Source of the DNA: Rhynchobatus australiae
Taxonomy: Eukaryota
DNA length: 64,000 nt
Reading direction: 5' to 3'
Assembly (NCBI GenBank): GCA_034780895.1
Contig: JAUZTB010000027.1
Span: forward strand, 36,752,976 to 36,816,975
The position numbers and the translations under genes were made by a program. The notes beneath the pieces are model-generated. The model made no database searches. It worked only from the letters and a program-made list of their open reading frames with translations, and was not told where the DNA came from. Below, one piece after another: positions 23,958-35,267 of this stretch. How positions within the stretch are numbered: the stretch's first letter is position 1; every line of letters begins with the position of its first letter.

Positions 23958-26900
23958 GGACAATCTATTAACTCTGCAGTTTGTGTGGGCAAGTCCTACT
24001 TTCTAATGCTTCAGGTAGGTCAGCCCTCTGGATGCAAAAGTAGGTACAAGCAACACACAGTGCGCCACTGAACCAGTAACTAGGCAGGAACTCAACGTCT
24101 TTCCTCCCCTTGGGCTGCTAAAACGATCATTGTCATGTCAACGGCAGGGATAGCACATCAGCCAGGCCTGTCTCTGCAGGACATGGGGAGGAGACTGTAA
24201 ACCAAGTCTGGCCTCCTGCTACTGATTGCTTGCCGGTAACTTGATGCTGGACTGCAGGATCAGAAAAGGCTGTGGGATCCGCACAATCCAGTAGGCCACC
24301 AACACTCGCTGCCTGACCGGAAGCTAATTGACAGGGCTTCTGCAGTATGGACAAACTGAGGTAGAGGTGCCAGCACTTCACAGGCAGTCTTTCTGATAGA
24401 GAAGATGCAAGGAATGATTGCTGAGTACTCAGCTCAGAGTAAAGTAGGTTGCCAAGGCAGTGAATAGTTCGATTCAGCCCAAGGTTCTGGCTGCTAAGGA
24501 GGTCAGAGACAGTGAAAACGGTACAGAACTTGGGCTGCGAGTTGTCTCCCCCAACAATTACCTGGAAAAATATGCCATGAGTGCTGCTGAAAGAGGTTGC
24601 AAACAAAAGGCAGCAAAAGGGCTGAATGTGTTGTCTGGGAAGAATTACAGGTTTGCAGTTGCCAGGACCATAAAGGGAGAGAGAGAGAGAAAAAAAATCA
24701 GTGGTCAGACAGAAAAAGAATTCAAGCTCAGAAGCTAGTCTAAACTATTTGAAGTGATCCTGCTTTCCTGCCCAGGCTCTGCCTCTCCAGGTTAAACTGG
24801 ATAGTGCACAGGAGAGGTAACAGTCACACTGACAGGCATACCGTACTTCTTGCTGCAGCAGGAAACGTTAGAAGAATTGTATTCACACCAGCGGATGCAA
24901 ATGCCATGTTTCAAAGTTGGCCTAAAACCAAGACTCAGGAGGCGAGAATTGTTTAATATGAAACACGAGCAGAGTATAACTGCGAACACTTACACCAGTA
25001 ACTGCATTCCTTTCAACAAGTCTCTGCCCTAAATTTGTGATTTATGTTGAAAGTATCAGAAGGGAGATACTGAACAAATGGCCAGGCACTGCTGCCTTGT
25101 ACCCAGCAGACAGGACGAGGATTCTACCAGCTTGTTCTGTCTGCAATGATAAAAATGTCTCAAACAATCCTAATCTTGGAAAATAAACCAAAAGCCACGA
25201 ACTCCACATGCTGACATATTTACTTCATCATTGGATTGCCAAACAAGGATGCTGCAGTTTGGGAGGATATGTGCTTTTCAAGTAAAGAATTACAACAAAT
25301 TCTTGACTTCTTTCCACCAGAAAAGCTTTCCTCCTCAACCCCTCCCTCAATTTCTTATCTTCCCACCCTAAGGTTCATGTATAAAAGGTGACAAGTACAT
25401 GCATCATATTATGTTTGCTGACTCCTTCGCGAATTGAGTCAGATTGCTGAGTTATAGCAAGGCCTTGTATACAAAATAACAGACCAGGTCTGAGAGCAAA
25501 GCCAAACAAGTTTTTTCTGGCCAGGAGTTGGGCTGAACCATAACTAAAAGGCTCTATACAAGATATGCTTGTCTGATTTGTACTATACATCTCCAAGCAA
25601 CAGCAAAAGCAGATGATGTGGGAAAGCACTAGATGCAGCTGAAATATGGGTGCTTTTGAGTTTGATACTCGTCAGTTCAAGTTGCAGGAGCAAACATCTA
25701 TCCCCTGGTTCACCACATTCCCTTTGCTAAATTGGTTTCATCGTGCCCATGACAGAACTTTAGGCCTCAAAAAAATAAAATCCCACTTTAGCACTGGTTA
25801 ATAAAGGGCCAGTACAAGATGTCTGCATCTCACAACCAAACTACAAAAGGAAATGGTAGAGAATCTTCACATTTCATAACAGGCAGAGTTGGCAACATTC
25901 TAGGGGCAACATTCTTTGGGCTGCATTCTTTTAAAAAAATCTCGTAGCAGTAATCTGTGCTGATTTATAAGTGGTATGTGTGACTGCTTTTATACTCGGG
26001 TTAGTTACTGGGGAGTTTTACACAGCCAGTTCAGAAGGTTTGCACCTCACTGAAGGAAAACCAGATACAATCCAACAAATGTTCCAAGATGAAGCACCCA
26101 AGAGTAAAAGGCAAGAGTTCAATGTCACTTCAATGCTCCTAGAAATGGATGGAGCGTCACAGGATTGCTCCAAGATGCAAGACACAAACTTACACCATCA
26201 GAAGAAAGCAGAACAATGCAACAATGCCCTCCGTTTAAAAAAGAAAGCAAGTTACTCTCTCTGCAGCTAGATTTCAGGCAAACTGATTGATGAAAAGGAA
26301 GATATACCAGGCTGATTCAAAGCCAAGGTTTCGGAAACGTCAACATTAGGCTGCGTCAAGAGTTGAACTTTTAAATTGTACACATACACTTACAGGCCAG
26401 GCCCCACCCATATCACCCAAGAGCAAGCATTATTTCAAGCCACAGGATAATTGTGGTGAGACTCTTGTTTTGCGCACCAGAACTCTGCTTGGATCCTGGA
26501 TGAATAACAGGAAACCAAATCCACCAGGAACAGAAAAATATAATTTTGCTTTTGAAAAGTAAACAATGGCCAGAGGTAAGAACTATTCTGGTCAAAATAA
26601 AACAACTGCCTACGAGCCACTCCTTTTCAATCACCCACCATGGAGTGTTTAGCTTCCTGGTGGTGGGAATGTGGCCACCTAGTGATTCAGGTGCTTTGTT
26701 GACATTCGCCCAACTTGACTGGACAGTGGTCCAATCACGGGGCCAGACGGTGACAAAGAATATACTCAGTAAAACACATTAGTGAAGACTAAACATGAAA
26801 CAGTTTACAGATTTACTTCTACTGTTCACCCTGACTTAAGAGCGTAAAGAGAAAAATTTAGGGACCCACTCCTCCCTCTCATGATTTTCTATTCATTGAG

Positions 26901-27624
26901 TGAGTGGCAGCAAATGATTGTAGGTTCAAGCCCCACTAGAGACTTGATCCAGGAAGACTCCACTGAAGAACCAACTGAGCGCTGTACAGACATGGTGGCC
27001 GTCAAACCCTTCTACTTAACTGGGAATCTAGCAATGCTGATCCATAGCCAACTCAGAGCTGTTTTATGTTTGCTTGGTCCCCTGTTACAAGACTGCTGAC
27101 AATGATTGAGTAGTGTGAATTCGAGAAGTCATCTTCCCCCAAGTCCCAATCGAAATGAAAACAGCATAAAATCAGCCCTCATGCAGCTTCCCTTGGGCTA
27201 AAATTTACCACAGTTTATGGAGATCTGGCTTCATTGTCAACTCTTACCACAGTAGTAGATTTAGGTCCTTATGAGGAATTCAAACCAAACTCATTCTGAA
27301 TCATCCTGATCTACTGATTTACTGAATGGAATCTGGACACATTCCATCCCTTTTACTCAGTAACAGTCTGACATTGCACAACTGCATGCCAGTGTAAGCA
27401 GCTCACTGCACAGCTTTCAAAGGCTTGAAGGTTCTTCCCCCTCTTTGCAATGATCCATTAACCCATTTCACATCAGTCTCAGCCACTTCTAATCAATCAA
27501 ATCCACGAGTTCCTGCTCATGGACCGTTAGGGAAAAAAACAAGAATACGTGTGGGTAAATTACCTTTAAAATGAAACTAACACAGGGTGGGAGCAACAGC
27601 AGAAGGGGTGGCCTCTTAAGAACA

Positions 27625-27870
27625 AACAACATTAAAGCACAGTACAGGCCCTTCAGCCCACGGTGTTGTGCCGACATCCTTTCCTATCCATGCATTTGCC
27701 TAAATATCTTATAAACATTGTAATGGTATCCATCTCTATCACATCCTCTGGCAGCTCATTCCACATACCCACCACCCTGTGTGAAAACCTTGCCCCTCAG
27801 GTCTCCTTTACATCTTTCCCCTCTCACCTTAAACCCATGCCCTCTCGTTTTAGACTCCCTACCTTTTCTC
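27625..27870 (-). mobile_element. CR1 3' end fragment
   Basis: SKTRGHGFKVRGERCKGDLRGKVFTQ is the CR1 ORF2 C-terminus, followed by the tail caggcccttcagccc. Confidence 0.85.
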
Positions 27871-30800
27871 TGAATTACTAAGACAGTCTCCCAGTCAGAA
27901 TGCAGAGGGTTAGAAATGTTAGGAGTTGGCGAGCAAAAAAACAAAGGACGTCTTTGAGATCCAATCCTGAAACAGGTTCATGGACAGGCAGTATCTTTCA
28001 TGTGGCATCGCTTAAGGAGGCCATTCAGCCCATGGACTCTCTGATGGCTCTCACAACATTCCCAGCAATCCCTCTTCCCCTCAAATTCAAACATGTACTA
28101 TGATTTAGAGCCACAGGCAATCTGCCGGAGGAACTCAGGTCGAAGCAGCATCTGTGGGACGAAAGGAATCGTTGACGTTCCGGGATTACATGTACTATAA
28201 TTTGTGTTCTTTTCCCATTAAATAACATAAAACACACTGTAAAATAAAGAAAACAAAGGCTAGAGTTGAATGAAGTTGGTTAATAATATATACAGCGGGC
28301 ACTAAAGTGAGAGCACCTCTTCAGCGTTACTGCAAGGTTCTGCACAAAAAATGAAAGCAATTTTGTTCCCCAATCCCTGATTGCTTTTGTTATGGCTAAC
28401 CTGGTACCAGAGAACACAGTAATCACAGTTGCATAGAGACTAGTTGCAAAAATAGCTTCTTTGAGATTTCTGATATGTTGAGATTTCGGTTAATGATATA
28501 AAAAAAATTATCCTATTCCCAGAAGGCATTCAGTCTTGCTGTTTTATTTACAGACCCACAGTTCCTTGAATCAAGTCAAAGCACAAGCTCCTTTCACATT
28601 CCCTTACATACAAAAAAACATTTACACATTGAATAAGACCAGGGCTAATCTATTTTGATTTTTAATAAGAATCTCTCACTATGAGGTCAAAGAGAGAACA
28701 AAGTAATAGACACAATATGTGGATCCACAGCATTAGGTAGCCAAGTTGCTTCAGCCAGAGTTTGCCGAATTTGGTGAAGGTTCCTGAATCTCAGTGCAGT
28801 TAACAACAAGCACAGTTAGTTCTTCCTAGACTGAACATAACAATCTGTCCCAACTTGTACCTGGTGACGTTGGGCGTGTTGGAGTTTGCAACTTGCTATC
28901 AAACAAGGTTGGGTTTGGCATTCAGCTTGTATTCTTCACAGCCTGGGGCACAGTACTGTGAGCGTACAAAACCACAAGCTGCTGTGTAATTCACTTGAAA
29001 TTCTCAATTGCTCAAATTCTGTTGCTCCCTGGTTGAGGGAAAAGCTGTATTCCAAGGGTGACAGTGGTACATCAATACCCACTATTGTCACCAAGAATCA
29101 TATTGGTAATGTTATAGGAATGGCGTTGACCACAGATTCACAGATCTCCCTCCATTGGCTGTTTTCCAGAATATAAACAGGCCAAGGTTGATGGAACAAG
29201 GTGGAGATGAATAAATATTTGAAAGATCAAGGACGTGGAAGGTTATGGGGAAGTGACACAGAAGGGTGAGGCAGCATAGATCAGTAATGATTGTACTGAA
29301 CTGCAGGGCAGGCTTGAGGGACCTGGTGTCCTAATCCTGCTCCTAGTTTCTTGTGTTCCTGCGAATTAGCAGCTTGGTATGGGTCCGCAATTCTGCCACA
29401 GGGCTCGGGGGGTGCTGCTCGCTGGCTGGTAACTTTTGCACAGCATGACTCAGCACGTTCCAGACTTCTACACCCGAGTGTCCGTGGGCAGGGAGCATGT
29501 TCTCCGTGCGTTCGCCAGAGGTTTACTGGGGCTAGTGGACATCGGAGGGGCTGGAGTGCATCCTGGACACCGTGGATTTCAGTTTGATCTAAAATTGTTC
29601 TGAGTACTATAAATAAGTAGATAGAATTATTGCTTCAAAACAAAACTGTATGGGCTTGTGGGAGAGGGCCACAGTTTAGGATTGTACTGCAATGCATACA
29701 AATTAGTTAAAATTTGTGTTAATATCCATGAATGATTTACTTTACATTTGCACATGGATGGTAACTGATGATGTGCTCATGTCAAGTAATGGAATAACAT
29801 TACCTGTTATGAAAATGCTGATGTTAATTTTCTGCACTTATTTTAGAATAGTTATATTTTGAAACAAAAATAACTGCAGCTCAGGGACACAGGCAATTCC
29901 ACACAAAAGCGCCAGCCAGCTGCACCGTGGGGCTCAATGCGTTCCTGACTTCTGTGTCAGGACTACATCCGACATCCAGCTCTGCTGCTGAGTCCCAGGG
30001 CGGAGCTCACATTATGCCGAGCTGAGAGGCTGGGTACACTGCAAATCCAGTCCCTCAGCCAGTTCCCTCCAGAGCCACAGCTGGCATTTCCAAGTGAAGT
30101 TTTTTTTTAAGAAAATAATTTTTGGCATTTTGACCACAGCAGGTTATCAAAAGCCCGTCACTGGAATCTGGGGGTGGGGCCACAGCATCCATCACCTGAA
30201 GCCTAGTTGTCAGGACAGCGAAATCCAGCGGCCACTTGGACCTGTGGAAGCCATTACGGGCTTGCAAACTGGCCTCGACGCGTTACTCAGTGGATTTCTG
30301 CTCAGAAATGGAGCCTTGTGCGCCTACGATGATTGATTATAAAAGATTAAATGGGGTACAAGAACACATAGACATAGGCCTTCAAAAGCTGAATGCCTTC
30401 AAATGTTTCCCCCCTCTTTTGGTTCCAGTGGAGACATGGACTTCACCTGCTTTATCAGAACAGGAACTGAAACAAGTTCGTTCACACTCAGGACTAATTT
30501 TTTTCCTCCAATTAGATCTGGCTGATCCATATCACAACTGCACTTGTCTACCCTTGCTCCACAACCCTTGGCAACCCTTCCCAACAATCAACACCTTAAA
30601 TTTTACATAGGCTCAGTGTCCACTACCAATTACTGGCAAGAATGCTTCATTTCCATTAGATTTTGTGATAAAATGCTTCCTGATCCTACTGCTTAGCAGA
30701 CTAGCTGTAACTTTAAGACTATTTCCCTTTACCCTGGATTTCACCACCAGGAAATAGTTCCTTCTCATTAATTCTATCAAGTCCCTTCAGCATTTCAAAA

Positions 30801-31620
30801 GCCTTGAATGCTCTCTACATACAGGGGAACACAACCCAAGTTTATGGAGCTGGTCCTTACAATTAAAATTGTAATGTACTATCTGCTATCAAGTCCACAC
30901 CATCACTGCAATAGTGCATCAACATTTATTAAATCCTATCTTCCTGTTCATTCCAAGAGGTAAAGCTGTGTAATACACATGTACGCTTATCCAGTAGATT
31001 GTTACTTACTTATTGTATCATAGAAGAGGCCATTCACCCCACCATTATTGCCGACTCCCAGGATAAATCCCATCAGTGCCATTCCCCCTCTCGTTATTTT
31101 CCCTGTAGCACTACAGCTTATTCTCATGAACATGGGTCCCTGAAGCATTGAGGCAGCAGCACTAACTGCTGTGCTACCATGTGATCCCATTCAGATCTGG
31201 GAGAACATGGTTCATCTCTCCCTGTCCCCATTTCCAGGATGGCATGTAGAGGTGTCACTGGTTTTCACTGCTCCTGGAATTATTTCAATGGAAAAATCCG
31301 CCATGGTCAATCCTTGACCAGGCCCTTTTTCTTACCTCAACCAATAAACATCACAAAACAGATAATCTGGTCATCACACTATTATTTGTGGGAAATTGCC
31401 ATGCTCAAATTAGCTGTACATTTTCTACCTTAGAGGAAATGCATTCCCTCTCACTAACACCAAACACACTATGGCAACAACCCCAATCCCCAAGACACTG
31501 TCACCACCATTATACACCCCCAAGGCTTTCTGGAGAACTTTGGACAGTCTGTATTGGGCTGCAAACCAGGACGGTGTTGCTGTTAGGTGCAGAGGATGGG
31601 TGGGAGGAAGGGTGTTTTTG

Positions 31621-31741
31621 TTTTAGGGAAAACACTATGATGCTGGAGGAACTGTGATGCCCGAGTTCCTCCAGCATCATAGTATTTTTCTTCTAGATTC
31701 CAGCATCTGCAGTCCTTTGTTTATCCAGTGTTTTTAGGGAA
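31621..31741. mobile_element. Penelope-derived short palindromic insertion with 10-bp flanking direct repeat
   Basis: Perfect 20-bp inverted repeat (31634-31653 / 31664-31683). The motifs tgctggaggaact and ccagcatctgcagtc are shared with 37555-37680. ttttagggaa occurs at both ends. Confidence 0.7.
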
Positions 31742-32379
31742 TGGTCCTTAAGAGGATGAGGGAGACTGAAGGTCAGAGGGAGAGTTGTGGTGGTGGGGGA
31801 GGATGAGAAAGAGGAGAGGAGGGAACTGAGAGGGATGTGGTGGGAGGGGGGGGGGTTCTGAGAGGAAGAGGGTGAGCAAAGGTGAGGGTGGCTGAGAGGC
31901 AGAACCTGAAGGAGGGAAGGAAACCGAAGGGTTCAGAGGGGAAGTGAAGGAGGAGATTAGAGTCAAACAAGCATGTGGTCTGATTGTGTATGGACATTAA
32001 AAGGAAATAAAAATTATAACAAGAGGAGACCATTTGGCTCCTCATGCCTAATCCACCTTTCATCCAAGCTTACGACACATAACCCATAATATCCAAAAAT
32101 CCATTCCTCTGATCTACCTGTGGTTGGTGTGTTCAGGTATGAGCGCCAAGACCATGGACCACAGTCTGGTCTCCAATTGTCTTGGACTCCTTGTCTCTGG
32201 TTCAAGAGTCAGACCATGTTGTAATTGGTGTGCAACAGTCAGTCCATGTTCAAATTAACTAGGAACTGGCATCTTCCACTCCTCAAAGTGACATACTGGA
32301 ACCTGGTCACCCTTGGACTGCCTGAGAAGAAGATACAGCTAGCCTTCTAAATTTGTTCCAATAGTGTTACCAACTCTAG

Positions 32380-32575
32380 AACGGACTGCCTGAGAAGATG
32401 TTGGAGGCAAGTACCCTCACAACATTTAAGGAGCATCTGGACGAGCACTCGAATCGCCATGGGAATAGAAGGCTATAGACCAAATGAGAAAGAGGATTAG
32501 TATAGGTAGGTTCTTGATGGTTAGCATAGACACGGTGAGCTGAAGAGCTGTTTCTATACTTTATAACGCCATAAC
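32380..32575 (+). mobile_element. CR1 3' end fragment
   Basis: ggaggcaagtaccctcacaacatttaag...ctggacgagcac...gagctgaagagctgtttc, similar to 56110-56435. Confidence 0.7.
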
Positions 32576-32694
32576 TGGAGGAGATGAATTTCTAGGCAAG
32601 AGACTTCAATTCCAAAGTATTTCACTGGCTGCCAAGCACTTTTGTTTACCCTAAGTCACAAAAGGCTCCTAAAAGAGTGCAAGTGCTCCTTCGA

Positions 32695-33055
32695 GCCATG
32701 GAATCATACAGCACAGAAACAGGCTCTTCAGTCCATCCAGTCCGCACTTACCATCAAATATCTATTTATGTGAATCCTGCACTAATCCCATTTTTTATTT
32801 ATCCCACATTCACATCAACTCTCCCCAGATTCTACCACTCACTTACACACTGGGGACAATTTACAGTGGCCAATTAACCAACCAACCTGCGCGTCTTTGG
32901 GAGTTGGGAGGAAACCAGAGCACCCGAAGGAAACCCACACAGTCACAGGGAGAACACGCTGATTCCACACAGACAGCACCCGGGGTCAGGACTGAACCCA
33001 GGTCTCTGGCACCGTGAGGCAGCGGCTCTACCAGCTGAGCCACCGTGCCGGCCAC
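32695..33055 (-). mobile_element. Full-length HE1-like V-SINE with CR1-type tail
   Basis: Minus-strand head ggcacggtggctcagctggtagagccgctgcctcacgg...ggttcagtcc, V-domain, and tail gaagagcctgtttctgtgctgtatga. Confidence 0.9.
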
Positions 33056-33084
33056 TTCTTCCAGTTAACTCCGCTCCAGAAAAT

Positions 33085-33200
33085 CAAACTGCTGACACTG
33101 GAAATCTGAAATAAAAACAGAAGATGCTGGAAACACTCAGCAGTTCAGGTGGCATCTGTGGAGAGGGAAACAGAGTTAACGTTTCAGGTCAACGACCTTT
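33085..33200. mobile_element. Penelope-derived terminal-repeat fragment
   Basis: ctggaaatctgaaataaaaacagaagatgctggaaacactcagcag...gcatctgtggag...aacgtttcaggtc. Confidence 0.65.
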
Positions 33201-33869
33201 GAGTGTTTCCTGCGTTTTCTGTTGTATTATTTCACTCCTGTGGACGTTAGGTGAGGGCAGGTTTAGACTTGACTGGCTGTTCTCACAGTCGGACAGGCCG
33301 ATGGTGTACAAGCGCTAACAAAGGCGATTTGGGCAGAAGACAATTGAGAAGAAATCTCAGCCCAGGAGACATGAGGAGCCTTTCTTTCAAAGCTGCACGA
33401 CCCATGATTCAGTCAAACCTGTTTACAATTTATACTAACATCCTTTGGCAGGAAAGCTCTCATTAAATGTACACTTTGGGTAACTTGTAAAGTTGTTAAA
33501 AAAAACAGGTATGTGTAGCACACACGGAGAGTCTTAAATTACACCCCTCTATTGAGCTCACCTTGACTGTAGGCTGACACCTGCCTTTTGTGATTCATCA
33601 GCTGGGTTGAGCTGTGATTTCATGTCCTCGGGGTACAAATCTCACTCCACCATCTAAAAACACACGCCAGCTCCCACAGCTTCCTCCCAGCGTCATATGT
33701 GGCTGCCTACCTACGGGTCTGCCAAGGTTTGAAACCTTTTTTCCTTCCCTTGCACCCCACCCCCCCCCCAACACAAACCCCCACCCCCTCCAAAAAAAGT
33801 CAAAAATTCTATTTCATCCCGAACTCGAGATCCCAATGGAACAAGAAGCTCTGTTGACTCTCCATTGCC

Positions 33870-34760
33870 AATGAATACGGCTCGCTGTTAAACCTGATTG
33901 CTGGAACAAACTTGAAGCTGGTACAATGACAAAAGGGCGTGAAGTAACCCCCACACTTTTCAGCGTGCTGTGATTTTCTTTCCCGGGGCTGCTCCGCCCG
34001 CTAACCCTGGCTGCCTGAATGTCAAGAGGAAGCAAAGGGCTTGCGGATCCCGTCACTGACAAGTTGCAGAGCAGGGACCAGGGCAAACCTCCTGGAAATG
34101 GGGCCCCGCTTCCCAAACAGCAACTTGCACCCGAGAGACCGGCTGCGCTCGAAGTCGCTCGGCTCGCCTCGGCGATGAAAGGAAAGCAGGAGAGGGAACG
34201 GCAACCTCCACACAGGTCCAGTGACCAGCCCCGGGAGCCCTCTGCACATAACGGCGCAGCCCAGCCGGAAAAGTTGCAACCCCCGACCTTCCACACAGCA
34301 GCTTTCACTGAGCACTCGGCTCACACTTACCAAGTAGTTCATCATTGAATTAAAGGGCTTTTCTCCCCCCTCTCCGTGATGTGAAACCACTCCAGGTCCC
34401 CAGTTCCTGAAGATAAAACTCCTTCGCCGCTCTCCTGTAGCGTGTTGCAAGTTTAATACATCATCTAGTAGTGTGACCTCACTTGTGTGGTATGAGATAC
34501 TGCGAGCTGCTCACAAGCACACTGCCTGGGAGTGAATGCTCGTTAGGTAATCTTATACTTTCCACAGGATTCAGACTCCCAAGGTCTCCGGCTGCAATAC
34601 GATTGGTTACAGTCAAAGTCTTTTCATATAAATGAGCTTCCACTGAGAACGCGATTGTGAGGACGCTCCGCCACGGAATGGCGCTGTGTGGAACACAGAC
34701 TGTGCACAAAGGGAGAAACGAGTGCACTCTTGAAGTCTCCCCGTTTCACCGCCTTTTTGA
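33870..34760. promoter_or_regulatory. CpG-rich promoter/first-exon region of BCAR1
   Basis: Visible CpG enrichment (e.g. ggctgcgctcgaagtcgctcggctcgcctcggcg, acgctccgccacgg) against a CpG-depleted background, surrounding the MNYL exon. There is a CCAAT on the minus strand near 34603-34607. The TSS was not determined. Confidence 0.7.
34331..34345 (-). CDS. BCAR1: BCAR1 first coding exon segment (M)MNYL
   Basis: The minus strand reads ATG ATG AAC TAC TTG|gtaagt, a consensus phase-0 donor. Splicing to exon 2 gives MNYL-NVLAKAL, equivalent to human MNHLNVLAKAL and rodent MKYLNVLAKAL. It sits in the most CpG-rich part of the window. Confidence 0.9.
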
Positions 34761-35267
34761 TGATCAATANNNNNNNNNNTCCAGCGGTCAGTAATGATCC
34801 CACCCCCCATATACTTCCCCATCCTCCACATAGACTACCGACAGCAGCCATTGCAAGGAGCGGGAAGGTACCATCAATGCAAAATCCTCCAAATTCACTA
34901 CATGGATAAGTGAACGGCGCCAGTATCCTCCCCCCCAACGACATCTCCTGCATTGAGGCTCTGGTTGTTCTCAGCTAGTTCTGTTGGGTAGGACACATCC
35001 TGTGCATGCCCAAAACCAGGCCACTGAGAAAGACGCTCTATTCCAATCTCTGTCATGGGAAGAGATCACCAGACAGACAGAGATGATGATTCAGAGGTGT
35101 GCTCAAAGCCTCCATGAAGGAATGCACCATCTCCACTGGCCNNNNNNNNNNNNNNNNNNNNNNNNNNNNNNNNNNNNNNNNNNNNNNNNNNNNNNNNNNN
35201 NNNNNNNNNNNNNNNNNNNNNNNNNNNNNNNNNNNNNNNNNNNNNNNNNNNNNNNNNNNNNNNNNNC

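Larger units (their letters stand above)
12701..34330 (-). other. BCAR1: BCAR1 intron 1 (~21.6 kb, GT-AG)
   Basis: Bounded by the gtaagt donor at 34330 and the polypyrimidine/AG acceptor at 12701. Confidence 0.85.

Noticed and set aside
26975-27000. Perfect Kozak gccaccATGTCTGTACAG on the minus strand, resembling an MSVP-type first exon
   Set aside because: No splice donor follows, and it lies in a SINE-like remnant (ggttcaagcccc B-box nearby).
33814-34450. Overlapping 109-164 aa ORFs near exon 1
   Set aside because: Expected stop-codon depletion in GC-rich promoter DNA, with no recognisable domain.
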